Assembly (NCBI RefSeq): GCF_006345805.1
Contig: NC_043005.1
Coordinates: forward strand, 1,736,001-1,800,000
Source of the DNA: Octopus sinensis
Taxonomy: Eukaryota
Direction: 5' to 3'
DNA length: 64,000 nt
A program made the position numbers and the translations under genes. The notes under the pieces are model-generated. The model did no database searches. It was given only the letters and a program-made list of their open reading frames with translations, and was not told the DNA's origin. Shown here piece by piece: positions 25,600 to 37,546 of this stretch (position 1 is its first letter; each line of letters starts with the position of its first letter).

Positions 25600-25978
25600 C
25601 TCTATATATAAACGGCAGTTTGTCTGTGCGTGTTTCTGTGTGTCTGTTTGCTTGTACCCTCACCCCGACCACGGCTTTCAACCGATTCTGATGAAACTTG
25701 ACACACACATAGCCCAATGTCATAATTCAAAACTAACGCAGCGAAAATTTTGAAAAGTTTCCCCAGTTCTGAAAAAAATCGATAAATTCGACATGGGGTC
25801 GAGAATCGGAAACACGAACCACAGTCTAGGGGACGCAACTCCATCCTTTTTTGACTCTCAAAAAAATATTTACCATCATTTTTTCCCATTTTTTTGCTAT
25901 TTTTTGGCTATAACTCTCTAAAAATGCTTTATAGTTATTTCCCTTACAAACCTGAGCAACGCCGGGCGATACTGCTAG
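25599..25978 (+). mobile_element. Non-autonomous Helitron-like element, copy 1
   Basis: 5' TC; 3' GC-rich CCTGAGCAACGCCGGG then CTAG followed by T; in (TA)n context. Confidence 0.7.
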
Positions 25979-26753
25979 TATGTCTATATAAGCCATCGTT
26001 CAACGATAACTTTTCTGGCCGAAACTTTAAAATGACTATCAATAATTTTCTTGTTTAAGAATACGTGCACGTACACACACACACACACACGTACACACAC
26101 ACATACACACACATGTATACACATGCGTATTTACGCCACCACACAGATGTAAGTATGTATGTGTATATGCATGAGTGCATATATATGAGTGTGTGCGTGC
26201 TTGTTAATGTAAAGTGATGTTAAGCTCCCAGCAAGATGAGTCTGCGAGTCCGACTCATGTCGTTTCACTTCATTTCCTTTCGTCCCCCTTCACCTGTTTC
26301 AAAATGGACACCTGCTTATGATTAGTCCTCGATACACTTTATGAAGACGACGTGTTCGGGGGTGGGGGTGGGGGTGGGGTTAGTGGTGGTGGAATATTTC
26401 ATCATTATGGAAATTGTTTAAACCAGTTGGAAGTTAGTTGACCGGATATCGAAATCAATATGAGTCAAAATCGCTCTTTCTCCTTATCTGTCTCTCAAAT
26501 CGATATAAATCTATAAAATGTGTCCGTCAAATGTCATTATTTAATGGTGCTGCTCCACGACCTCATGTCTCTGCCTTATCATTATTTCTCCATAAATCTG
26601 GTGAACTGTCGGCGGAGAGCTCCCAGTTGCAGTTTAAAACACCATGTTGCTTGCTTCATAATGTTTACATGTGTATACGCACGCGCACACACACACACAC
26701 ACATATTTATCTAGATAGATAGAATGTATAAAACACAAAAACAGATATACACA

Positions 26754-26828
<75 letters not shown>

Positions 26829-27012
26829 GTCCAGACCTATCCTAGGGTCATTCAACCCTATTATCAACCCTATTATCTCCCCTTATTTCGCTCTCGCGTC
26901 TCATGTTTGATCTTTGACCTCTGGCCGAAATCAGATCGCCATGTTGATTCGTTAGTTACTGCACGCATTTTTTTTCTCTCCTTCTTTCTGTGTTTTTTTT
27001 TCTCTCTGTGTA

Positions 27013-27050
27013 TCTTTCTGTTGAAGAGCGTAGGCTCGAAACGTTAAAGA
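27013..27050 (+). ncRNA. Minimal hammerhead-like motif with A6U core change
   Basis: TCTTT-CTGTTGA-A-GAGC-GTAG-GCTC-GAAAC-GTT^AAAGA; stems I and II perfect, stem III is the palindrome ACGT. Confidence 0.6.
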
Positions 27051-27159
27051 CTTGTTTTATTTATATTTCCTGAGCGCCATACTAATACAATTGTTTGTTT
27101 GTTTTCCACCTGCCTTCGTCTTTTGTCTATTTTCATAAAGCTTCCCGTTATATATATAT

Positions 27160-27407
27160 TCACTTGAAGTATATATATGTTTACAAAGGCGGATAGGCAT
27201 CGACACCTAACAAGCCATGCTACTTGAGACTGATGACGAGCAATGACTCTGAAACTAGTCTCCGAGTGCTGGCTTTGCTGGGTGAAGGTGCTTATCTCCC
27301 CCTTTGAGAACATAAGGACACAGAAAATGTTTCCTAGGGCTAAACAACAGTAGCATTCTTTCCTTTCATGGGACTGCCACATTAAGTTGGCAACAAACCA
27401 CACCTCT

Positions 27408-27410
<3 letters not shown>
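27160..27410 (+). mobile_element. Uninterrupted diverged copy of the family B HHR unit
   Basis: Collinear similarity to reverse complement of 28200-28419 and 30133-30200. Confidence 0.65.
27228..27262 (+). ncRNA. Hammerhead motif, family B, older copy
   Basis: GA-CTGATGA-CGAG-CAATGA-CTCT-GAAAC-TA-GTC^TC; homologous to 28365-28404; stem I eroded. Confidence 0.6.
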
Positions 27411-27441
<31 letters not shown>

Positions 27442-27752
27442 ATATATATATGTATATTAGAAGGTTTGGAGATGATGTAGAGGTATTTTATATTAGAAGA
27501 AATGAGGTACTCAGAAATTCGGATGGTTTTATATTTACAGATATTTATTTGTATATTACATATTTTTATACGTCATATAACTTAGATTATATATCATATA
27601 TTAGCGCTTTCGTCCATTCTAGTGGAGTTTTCAAATTGAACTAAGTTATTGGGGAAAATTTGACCATTTTATAGTGGTATTGAGTGTGTAGTGGTGGGGA
27701 GGGATATAAGATAGTACAAGAGGGTGATGAATGGGGAGAAAGTGAGAGAGAG

Positions 27753-27790
<38 letters not shown>

Positions 27791-28096
27791 TGTGTGTGTG
27801 TGTGTTTTTGCATCTGAAAGGAGTGTTAAAGAAAAAGAAGGAACGGAAGAAAAGAGAGAGGAAGAAGAAAAAATTGTTTTGATGGTCTCTTTGCATCCGA
27901 TGCGGCCAAGCCTTTTGCTAACGTTTCTACCAACTCGCTTATGTTGGTGTTGGTGTTTTTAGCAGTTCGGCAAAAGAGACTGATAGAAGAAGCACCAAGC
28001 TTAGAAAAGGAGTTCTGGGCTCAATTCATTCGACTAAAAATTCTTCGAAGCAGTGCTCCAGCTTGGCTGCAGTCTAATGACTGAAACAAGTAATAT

Positions 28097-28201
<105 letters not shown>

Positions 28202-28364
28202 TAGTTGTATACTGTCAACTTAACGTGACAGTCCCATAAAGGGAATCACACCACCGCTATTTAGCCCTAGGAAGCATCAACGCTTCCTGTCAGCCTTGAC
28301 ACATTTCCTGTGTCCTTATGTTTACAAGGGGGAGACAAGCACCCCCACCCAGCTAAGTTTGCAC

Positions 28365-28404
28365 CCAGAGACTAGTTTCTGAGTCTTGCTCATCATCAGT
28401 CTGG
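28365..28404 (-). ncRNA. Minimal type I hammerhead ribozyme, family B
   Basis: Minus: CCAGA-CTGATGA-TGAG-CAAGA-CTCA-GAAAC-TA-GTC^TCTGG; 5-bp stem I, 4-bp stem II, palindromic ACTAGT stem III, GUC triplet. Confidence 0.87.
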
Positions 28405-28856
28405 AGTAGCCTGGCTTGCTTTTCTCTTTATTATAGGCACAATGGCCTGATCATATAGAGGGGACATAACGAGACAAACGGGAACATAAAACAAATGATG
28501 TATGATTGTTGGAATGATTAAACAATAACGAGAGTGAGGCGGTTCGACTCACTCCCGCTGCGAGACGAACCGTCAACTTTTCACATTAATTCTCAATTCC
28601 ATCGGGTCTCAGTGTGAGGCGAAACCACGATGGTCTTCTTATCATTATCGTATAAAATGTATCCTTAATTGTTCACATTAGTCTTTCTATTTTCCTTTTC
28701 TATTTTATCTTTTTTTCCAAGCATTACATTTTTCCTTTTTTTTTTTTACAATTTCACAAAACAAAAGACCCAAGTTCAATTCTCAGTTCAGTCGCAGTTC
28801 AATTCACATGTTTTTAAAACAATTAGTTGCATTACACTCGTAATTATACTCACCGT

Positions 28857-29092
28857 CTACCTTTTCCCACCACATTTATTCTTCACACGACATTTTTTCT
28901 TCTTCCTCTCGTTCTCTCTCTTTTCTTGTGTTTTCCTTCTCGAGTCTACCGCTTCGTTCACCTCTTCCTCCGTTTGTGTACCAGTAATTTCTCCCGGCTG
29001 CAAAGATGTCTCTTCCATCTGTTCTTCTTTATCTTTGAGCTTAAACAACTCTAAATTTTCTCGCTCTGTTTCGTCTTCGTTTTGCACTTCCA

Positions 29093-29148
<56 letters not shown>

Positions 29149-30118
29149 ATAGTTGGTTCCTCAGTGTTACCGTTCTGATTCTCTGCTATTCCTTTGCTTT
29201 TTTTCGTTTCTTCTAAAGTTGGTGACTTTTTACGTTCTCTCTTCCTGCTCTTCACCATATTCCTTCTATTATTGTTCTCCTTCTTCTCTTCGTCGGCTGC
29301 TTTTTCTTCCACCGTTGTTTCCAACCTTTTCTCTACTTCTGTATTCGGGCATTTCCTTCGCATATGCCCCCTCATGCCACACAAGTAGCATTTTGGGGGT
29401 CTTCCCTGCAGCACAATATCCAACTTTTCACCGGTTGGTAATTCTACCGTTTCCGGTATTTCCTCATAGTATTCTGAGGTTATGGCGCAAACTGCTTCAA
29501 TTTCATAACCCCAGAAATTCAAACATTGTGTTTTGCTCATTGTTAGTATGTTCAACTTTGTATTTCCTCTCCGAAGATTCCCACTATTACCCATTCGGGC
29601 TCTATTATGGGTGGGATTCTTCCAACTTTAATTTTCACCAACTTTTTTCCTGGTTTGTCGGGAATGAGAGTCCACCTATTTCCTTCTATCACTTGGTCGT
29701 TCATCTTTGCCATCTCCACATTTTCAAATATAACATTTACCGTGCCGTATTGGCTTCGTCTATTTATGAAAACCACTCTATTCATTCAGCACGATACCAT
29801 TGCTTCTATTTGAAATTCAGGTGCTATTTCAATCCTCCTGGATTCGTTGGAGAATGTTCTACATACTCTTGTTGAATTCCTTAACATTTCCTTTTTCTCC
29901 TCCGACATTACAAGCTTCACATTCGTTGCTTCTCTTTCTACTTTGCTCATGTATCTCTTCATCTTTTCAGGGTCCCAATTCAACGACTTCGGTGTTAGGC
30001 TTCTTAATTTCTCCTTTTCCGGGTCTTCCGCTGTCGCTTCCGCGTAGCTCTTCATTTCTAATTTTTCTTTTACCGACAAACGTCGACTTCGCACGCATCT
30101 TCGATTAGCTTCTACCAA
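28857..30118 (-). pseudogene. L1/Tx1-type ORF1 (Gag-like, CCHC knuckle), disrupted
   Basis: Three track ORFs join via one in-frame stop (29786-29788) and one frameshift (~29560-29590); MKSYAEA motif, KIKVGRIPP, IPETVELPTGEKLDIVLQGRPPKCYLCGMRGHMRRKCP, charged C-terminal tail; no ORF2. Confidence 0.65.
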
Positions 30119-30567
30119 AAAACAATAAAAACCTGGAGTAGCATGGCTTGCTAGTTGTAGGTGCCTGTCTAGACCTTTTAAGCATATAATAATTCCAGTG
30201 AAATAAATCCACTGATCACAAAAAATAGAAATATTACATTTCTAAATATCTCAGAGAGATATAAGCAGTGGTGGTACGATAGAGTAGTTGTATACTGTCA
30301 ACTTAACGTGACAGTCCCATAAAGGGAACCACACCACCGCTATTTAGCCCTAGGAAGCATCAACGCTTCCTGTCAGAAACTAGTCTCTGGATGCAGGCTT
30401 ATCTGGATGGGTGTGCTTGTCTCCCCCTTGTAAACATTGGGACACAGGAAATGTGTCAAGGCCGACCGGAAGCGTTAATGCTTCCTAGGGCTAAATAGTG
30501 GTGGTATGATTCCCTTCATGGGACTGTCACGTTAAGTTGACAGTATACAACTGCTCTCTCTCTCTTT

Positions 30568-30623
<56 letters not shown>

Positions 30624-30738
30624 TTAAATTTAAAACGAGGGTGAGAAATTAGATATTAATTTAATTAACATCGATTTCACACCGGTGGTCTAGCATATAA
30701 AAAAACTGAAGGTTCAGTAAAATTGTATTATATACATA

Positions 30739-31143
30739 TTAGAGGGAAACCACTATGTGGACACCCTTATGCTAGAAATAGATCCGCTATGGTCTTACCA
30801 CTAAGAAATGTTCTCAAGAAAAATTTAGCAAAACAACAAAAACGTAATCGAGGAAAGACAAAAGAAAAAGCAATAAAAATATGGATTTTATATATATATA
30901 TATATATATACTGTAGACGGTCGCACCGATGATCTACGGACATTTATGTAAGTAAAATTACGCAATATGTTAATAGTGAAACATGTATGCGAATAATCCA
31001 TATTTTTATTGCTTTTTCTTTTGTCTTTCCTCGATTACGTTTTGGTTGTTTTGCTAAATTTTTCTTGAGAACATTTCTTAGTGGTAAGACCATAGCGGAT
31101 CTATTTCTAGCATAAGTGTGTCCACATAGTGGTTTCCCTCTTA
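30739..31143. repeat. ~150-bp inverted repeat enclosing the HHR-like motif
   Basis: 30739-30888 is near-identical to the reverse complement of ~30994-31143. Confidence 0.8.
30922..30991 (+). ncRNA. Hammerhead-like motif with U4C core change
   Basis: CGCA-CCGATGA-TCTA...TAGT-GAAAC-AT-GTA^TGCG; palindromic ACATGT stem III. Confidence 0.55.
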
Positions 31144-32984
31144 TATATATATATTACTTGTTTCAGTCATTAGACAGCAGCCAAGCTGGTTGACCTTTTC
31201 ACTTTTCTTTTTTTCTGCAGTCGAGAAATTAAGCAACAGGAATTAATTACGGCCATCACTCAGTCAATGTCCATGATTAAAATGTAGGAAATTTGGTTGG
31301 AAAGGAACGAATGTACATGTAATCACTTTATTATTTTAACATATATTAGTTTTATATTTTAGCACGAGGCCCGCAATTTCGTGTTCGACTGGAACTTATT
31401 TTACTGACCCCGAAAGGATGAAAGCCAAAGGCGACCGCCAGGCACTTTGTCAGGCGTGCTAACGCCCTTGCCAGTTGGCAGCCTTTATTTGAACATATAC
31501 TAACATGTATTTCGCATGTGTCAATATATAGTAACGTGTCATAACAACTTTATTACAGTAAATATATATAAGAAGATCTTTGGTGAGTAGATATATATCA
31601 GGTCGATTAGGTAAGCGGTATTGGTCGAATGACCAGGTTCATTTGAAGATCCATTATTCCAAATGTGCTTTTTTGTAACAGATTATCCCACAACAAGATG
31701 CAGTTGGACATTACTGTGAGTCTTGTGTGGCATTGCGATGTATTGCAGCTCTCCTTCATAAAACCTGTATTTGTTAGGGTTCGGCACAATAGAAGTGGAC
31801 ATGGTGGACTCAATGGGAGAAACCAAGGCTGTGTGGTGAAGAAGTTTGTTACGCAATTAAATGTTTACAGTTTCAATCTTAATTCGTGGTTTCCTGAACA
31901 AATGTCTTCTCAGTTAAATTTGGTTTACAGGAACTGAGGGAAATTCTGTCGAAGGTCCGTTAATAATTTTGGATAGTAGACCTTATATCGGTCTAGGTAC
32001 GTTTACTTGTGTCTGTTATAGTAACAATTGGGTCAGGCCTTTGAAGCAGAGATAACTTCCTCCGTTCTTCTCACCAATGACGGTGGCTCTGAAAAGTATC
32101 GCCCCTGTTGCCCTTCCGCCTTCTCTCTTCACCTAAGATAAACAGACGACATCGTGGTCGTCTGCATGCGATATTTTGTGGGGATGACCAAACTTAATTT
32201 ACTGTCTTTTATTTTTCTAATCATTTAACTCATCAATTCATTTAGTTCTTAGTTGAATCATTCGCTATTTCTCTTCTCTCGCCTTATCTTCTCTTTTATA
32301 ACCCCATTCTTTTGTTTGTCTTTATGTTTACACACACACATGCATTCATATAGATATTGTATATATATACATACACGATACACATACACACGCACATACA
32401 CATATGTACGTATGTACCTACCTACCTACACAAACATACATACACACAGACACACACACACATACATACATACATACATACATACATACATACATACACA
32501 CACACATACATACATACATACATACATACATACATACATACATACATACATACATACATACATACATGCGTGTGTATTGCGTGGCTACATATCCATTCAA
32601 CGAGCAATGGATTACATGGAGAACTAAGGCATGATAATTAATGGAAATCCCATTGAAAGGTAAAATAGCCGGAAGTAGGGTGAGGAGGAGGAGGAGGAAG
32701 TAAATGTTATTAGAATAATATTGATTTCCTTTGAATATTTTCCCGAAATCCGAACAAAAGGTCAAGTTTTGTCGAAATATTCAATAAGCCAGAACTTAAT
32801 TATTGATAAGATTAAGTAATCCTGTGTTTCTGGTCATTATATAGAGGAAAAGTGACCAACAGGAAACGGTATTGGACTAGTTGCTCAAAAGCCGTGAGTT
32901 CAAACCGACGTAGGGCAAAATGCTGGGGAACAGCGAGTGTTGCCTGGTTGCTCTTTCAACACCAATTGCTTTTCATTTGTTTCT

Positions 32985-33285
32985 AGGAACGTGGCCGAGT
33001 TGTTAGGGTATTCAGATCCCAATCATAAGGTCATGAGTTCAATTCCGGCGACGCGCTGTGCCCTTGTGCAAGACAGTCTACACACCTAGCAAAACTGAGT
33101 AGTACTTCCATTTCAAACGGCCAGCCTTGTCATATTCTGTGACACGCTGAATTTACCTGAGAACTACATTAAGGGTACGTGTGTCTGCGGAGTGCTCAGC
33201 CACTTGCATGTTAATTTCCTGAGCAGGTTGTTTCCTTGATCGGACCAACTGGAACCCTGGTCATCGTAACCGACGGAGTGCCACT
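32985..33285 (+). mobile_element. tRNA-derived SINE, similar to 4613-4895
   Basis: GAGTTCAATTCC B-box; shared CCTGAGAACTACATT...GTGGAGTGCTCA core. Confidence 0.65.
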
Positions 33286-33860
33286 ATGTTCTTAAACAAA
33301 ATTTCGGACAGGTTATCACTCACGTGGTTCTTTTATGCTGGACATAATTGAAAGTTTTGCTGATCTCAAATCCAAAATACCATTGTTACATTACTTTAGA
33401 TATCTTTTCTCCCAAATAATCCTGATTCTAGGGGTCACTAAGTTCTCAAAGAGAGAGACTCAAGTTGATGAAAGAATTGACTGATTCCGGCGATCTCCAT
33501 AGTATTTGAAATGTTGAAAGCTTGTCCGATAGATCAGTAGTTAGTGTCAGAGAAATTACTCTTTGTAGGAATGAGACATTCACTAATTCCTTGGATTACA
33601 AAACATCCTTGCAGAGGGATAAAAATTGAAGAGTTTTGTGAAGATATGAGTGAATTCTGGAATGGATTGCTAAAAGCAGTCAACTTGTTGAGTTGGAACG
33701 GTCCGCGATATATTTCTCTCCTGGCCATGATTTAGGCAATTCCAAACGATGGCTTGCCCTTTATTTAAGTGGAATGTTGTGATTGGAAATTATCCATCCA
33801 GACAAGTTCGAGTCGACGCCATTCCGTTGAAATTTCTCCAGTTATACTTCATAGTATTAC

Positions 33861-34128
33861 AAGCAGCAAACACTCATTTTAAGCAGCAAACACTCGTTTT
33901 AAGCAGCAAACATTCGTTTTAAGCAGCAAACACTCGTTTTAAGCAGCAAACACTCGTTTTAAGCAGCAAACATTCGTTTTAAGCAGCAAACACTCGTTTT
34001 AAGCAGCAAACACTCGTTTTAAGCAGCAAACATTCGTTTTAAGCAGCAAACACTCGTTTTAAGCAGCAAACACTCGTTTTAAGCAGCAAACATTCGTTTT
34101 AAGCAGCAAACACTCGTTTTAAGCAGCA
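33861..34128. repeat. 20-bp minisatellite, 13.4 units
   Basis: AAGCAGCAAACA(C/T)TCGTTTT; T variant in units 3, 6, 9 and 12. Confidence 0.95.
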
Positions 34129-35481
34129 TCTTGACTTAAAAGTTTCAACAGAACGACGACGCAATATTTCCTATATTCAGTGACGATGCTCGGAAACGAT
34201 GACGCAACCGGCGTGCAGAGGTTTGTGTGGTATTTTTGTTGGAGGTGTGCATCACAGGAGATGGAAATGAAGTCAATGCAGTTGAACTATCAGCAGGAGT
34301 ACTTCCTACCGAAGCGATTTGGTCAAAAAGCGGCGTTTAAGATTATATAGAGTTGATGAAAATTCTTAAAAATTCGGTTTGTAATTTGAGAAGAGGAACT
34401 TGTTGGTCAAGCGGTGCAAACATCCTCGGCTTTGATTGTCTTACAGGCATCGGGCTTTAATGGTTTTTTAATAGCGATGGCGGCGGACTTCTTCCAGATG
34501 TAGGTCGTTATTTTTGTTAGTTGTACGAAGGGATTTTGGGCTTAGTTTGTGTAAGGAGTATAGAAGAACACGTCGAAGATGTTTTCGTCACTTACTAGCT
34601 GTCACAGATAAAAAATTAAGCCTATTCACTGCCAAGGTTAGAACTGACGGAAGTGCGATTATTGGGCTGTCTTGAACTTATGAAGAATTCGAGTGCACAG
34701 GGTTAGTTGTGTCTAGAGAAGATCCGAAGTCTGTTGCTTTGGTTACCATGCCATTTATGGGTGCACATTTAGCGGTGGTTTAGTAAAGGATGGCTGAGGA
34801 GAAAGATGAAAAGTATGGGTGTGCTTAGCCAGGGATTGGCGAAGATAACAATTGGTGCAGTCGTTTCAGAATAGCAAATAGAGACGAGTTGTTACTGTGA
34901 GGTTAGTTGAAATAAGCAGAGGAATTCCAGGCAAAAAATTCACCGAGGTTGATAACTGAGAGATGTTAGTGTAAAGAGATGTTTTCGGTGTCGGTTGAAA
35001 GACAGTGAAATAAGAGTTGGTAGCAAGAGGTGTTTAGAGAGCCGCGGAGACTGAAGAGGAGTTTAGAAAAAGAAGGAAGAAATAGTTTGATTGAGAGTTA
35101 CTGGAAGTCTTAGCTGGTCACGTCCAGGTGAAGCAGATAAATGATAGAATGGATGTTACGCAATCACAGACCAAAGTTTTTAGAACCAAGTTGGAAAAGA
35201 GAGGGTAACATGAACAACAAAAATAGATTCTTTAACCAAAATAAGAGATTTATGTTTCAGAGACGAATATGTGTGTAGTTAGTAAGAGTAGGTATGTCGA
35301 TTGCTTGGTGTGGAGAGGAGCAGAATAACTATTATAAGTTTCCCCATTGCTTTAAAACACCAACAGGAAAAGTAAAGAAGGCGTTTCACTTTTAGCATTG
35401 GTCAGAGAGGGAGATGTGTACCTTCTTGTATTACGTATTTGCAACTTGCTGGACCGGGCCTTTGAGAAATGAGTGCCTCGG

Positions 35482-35587
<106 letters not shown>

Positions 35588-36587
35588 CGCAATGATAGTT
35601 TCTGAAACCAGGACTGAGACGACCACATGAAATATACCCACAGATTGAACAGAGTATAGATTTTGACGTAGGGGTGGGGTGGGATGGATAGCATATTCAG
35701 TCGTAAGAGGGCGGGGGTTGAACGCGGCGTTGATCAAGATAGATCAGTATAGGTTGCTAGAATGCTTAAGCAGAAAAGAGCTCCGTAAAGTTTTGCATTT
35801 GGTTTCGGCAATTCCAAACGATGGTTTGCTCTTCGTTCAAGTAGAGTGTTATGATAAGAAATTAGTCATCCGGAAAAGTTCGAGTAGACGCCATTCTGCA
35901 GAAACTTCTCTAATTATACAATTCTTCATAATATTGCTATCAGCCAAAACTCGTTTTAAGCTACAACTTGTTTTAAAGTTACAATAAAACAACACAAAAA
36001 TGTCACTTCAATATTTATCAACAATAATCAGCGGTGACTGAAGTGGTCCAACGCCTGACAGACAAGATTTAGTTTCAGTTCACTAGACTCATGGCTCAAA
36101 TATCACCAGCGATCAATAAAGCAAGTGCAACACACACACACAAATTGGGGTTGATTCGATCAGCTATATAACATTTATAGACAATTTTCTAGATTTTCAA
36201 ACTAGTCTAAGCAATCAATGTTTATCATTCAAAAATATTTGTGTGTGTGTGTGTTTGCCAGCAGAGTAAACTGGAGCAATGTGAAATCAAGTGTTTTGCT
36301 TAAAAAACCAACGCATCGCCCAGTCCAGGAATAGAATTTACAATCTTACGATTATCAGTGTAACACATACTAAGCCACACAGCTCCATGTTGATATATAT
36401 ATATATATATATATATTATCTTATATTAAACTTTTAATACTTTTGGATAGTTATATAATAAAAAATAAATAAATAAAATAATAATAAAAAAAATATATAT
36501 ATATTTATACTATAAAATTAGATTTGATCCTAAATCTAATTTTTCCTTGTAAGTTTGGATTTACTCCCTATTATTATTATTATATTA

Positions 36588-36628
<41 letters not shown>

Positions 36629-36721
36629 TTAGAGACAAAACCACTATTATGCAAATCAAACAAAGAAAGACTTAATCCAATACATAAAAAATTTTATATA
36701 AATTAAATATAATTAAGATAT

Positions 36722-36767
36722 CCACTACGATCGTTTCTTGTCACTTCTATTGACATTCATCAGGTGG
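36722..36767 (-). ncRNA. Type I hammerhead ribozyme, family C, minus copy
   Basis: Reverse complement of 36845-36890 with one difference in loop II. Confidence 0.78.
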
Positions 36768-36844
36768 TTTCAAGACCTTCTTTGCAAGTTTTAAACTTTT
36801 TAAAAGTTTTAAATAGTTTAAAACTTGCAAAGAAGGTCTTGAAA

Positions 36845-36890
36845 CCACCTGATGAATGTCAATAGTAGTGACAAGAAACGATCGTAGTGG
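36845..36890 (+). ncRNA. Type I hammerhead ribozyme, family C, plus copy
   Basis: CCAC-CTGATGA-A-TGTCA-ATAGTAG-TGACA-A-GAAAC-GATC-GTA^GTGG; A-A opposition at base of stem II; palindromic ACGATCGT stem III. Confidence 0.78.
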
Positions 36891-36895
36891 ATATC

Positions 36896-37308
36896 TTTCT
36901 CTTTTACTCTTTTACTTGTTTCAGTCATTTGACTGCGGCCATGCTGGAGCACCGCCTTTAGTCGAGCAACTCGACCCCGGGACTTATTCTTTTGTAAGCC
37001 CAGTACTTATTTTATCGGTCTCTTTTGCCGAACCGCTAAGTGACGGGGACATAAACACACCAGCATCGGTTGTCAAGCAATGCTAGGGGGACAAACACAG
37101 ACACACAAACACACACACTTATATATATATATATATACATATATACGACAGGCTTCTTTCAGTTTCCGTCTACCAAATCCACTCACAAGGCATTGGTCGG
37201 CTCGGGGCTATAGCAGAAGACACTCGCCCAAGATGCCACGCAGTGGGACTGAACCCGGAACCATGTGATTGGTTAGCAAGCTACTTACCACACAGCCACT
37301 CCTGCGCC
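36896..37308 (-). mobile_element. tRNA-derived SINE, same family as 20152-20559
   Basis: Collinear reverse complement of 20152-20559; interrupts the palindrome arm. Confidence 0.78.
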
Positions 37309-37481
37309 TTAATTATATTTAATTTATATAAAATTTTTTATGTATTGGATTAAGTCTTTCTTTGTTTGATTTGCATAATAGTGGTTTTGTCTCTAATAAT
37401 ATTATATTATATTTTACTATAAAATTGGATTCAATCCTAAATCTGATTTTTCCCTGTAAATTTGGATTTATTCCCTAATAT

Positions 37482-37530
<49 letters not shown>

Positions 37531-37546
37531 ATATGAATTACAACCG

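Larger units (their letters stand above)
36621..37404. repeat. Fold-back palindrome (arms ~177 bp), right arm split by a SINE
   Basis: 36717-36797 vs 36815-36895 (81 bp, 1 mismatch, 17-nt spacer); arm resumes at 37309-37404 matching 36621-36716. Confidence 0.85.

Noticed and set aside
28598-28635. Possible type III hammerhead (CCATCGGGTC...GAAACCACGATGG)
   Set aside because: Stem III and GUC are present, but there is no CUGANGA core or stem II.
31560-32200. Apparent plus-strand mini-exons (ag|ATTATCCC..ACT|gtgagt; ag|GAACTGAG..CTAG|gtacgt)
   Set aside because: No recognisable protein and no further exons; the minus strand looks more like an old LINE remnant. RNA-seq would be needed to rescue it.
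33861-34128. CRISPR-like array
   Set aside because: Units are contiguous with no unique spacers; eukaryotic minisatellite.
34150-35340. Old LINE on the minus strand
   Set aside because: Composition suggests decayed coding sequence, but I could not read a reliable RT motif.
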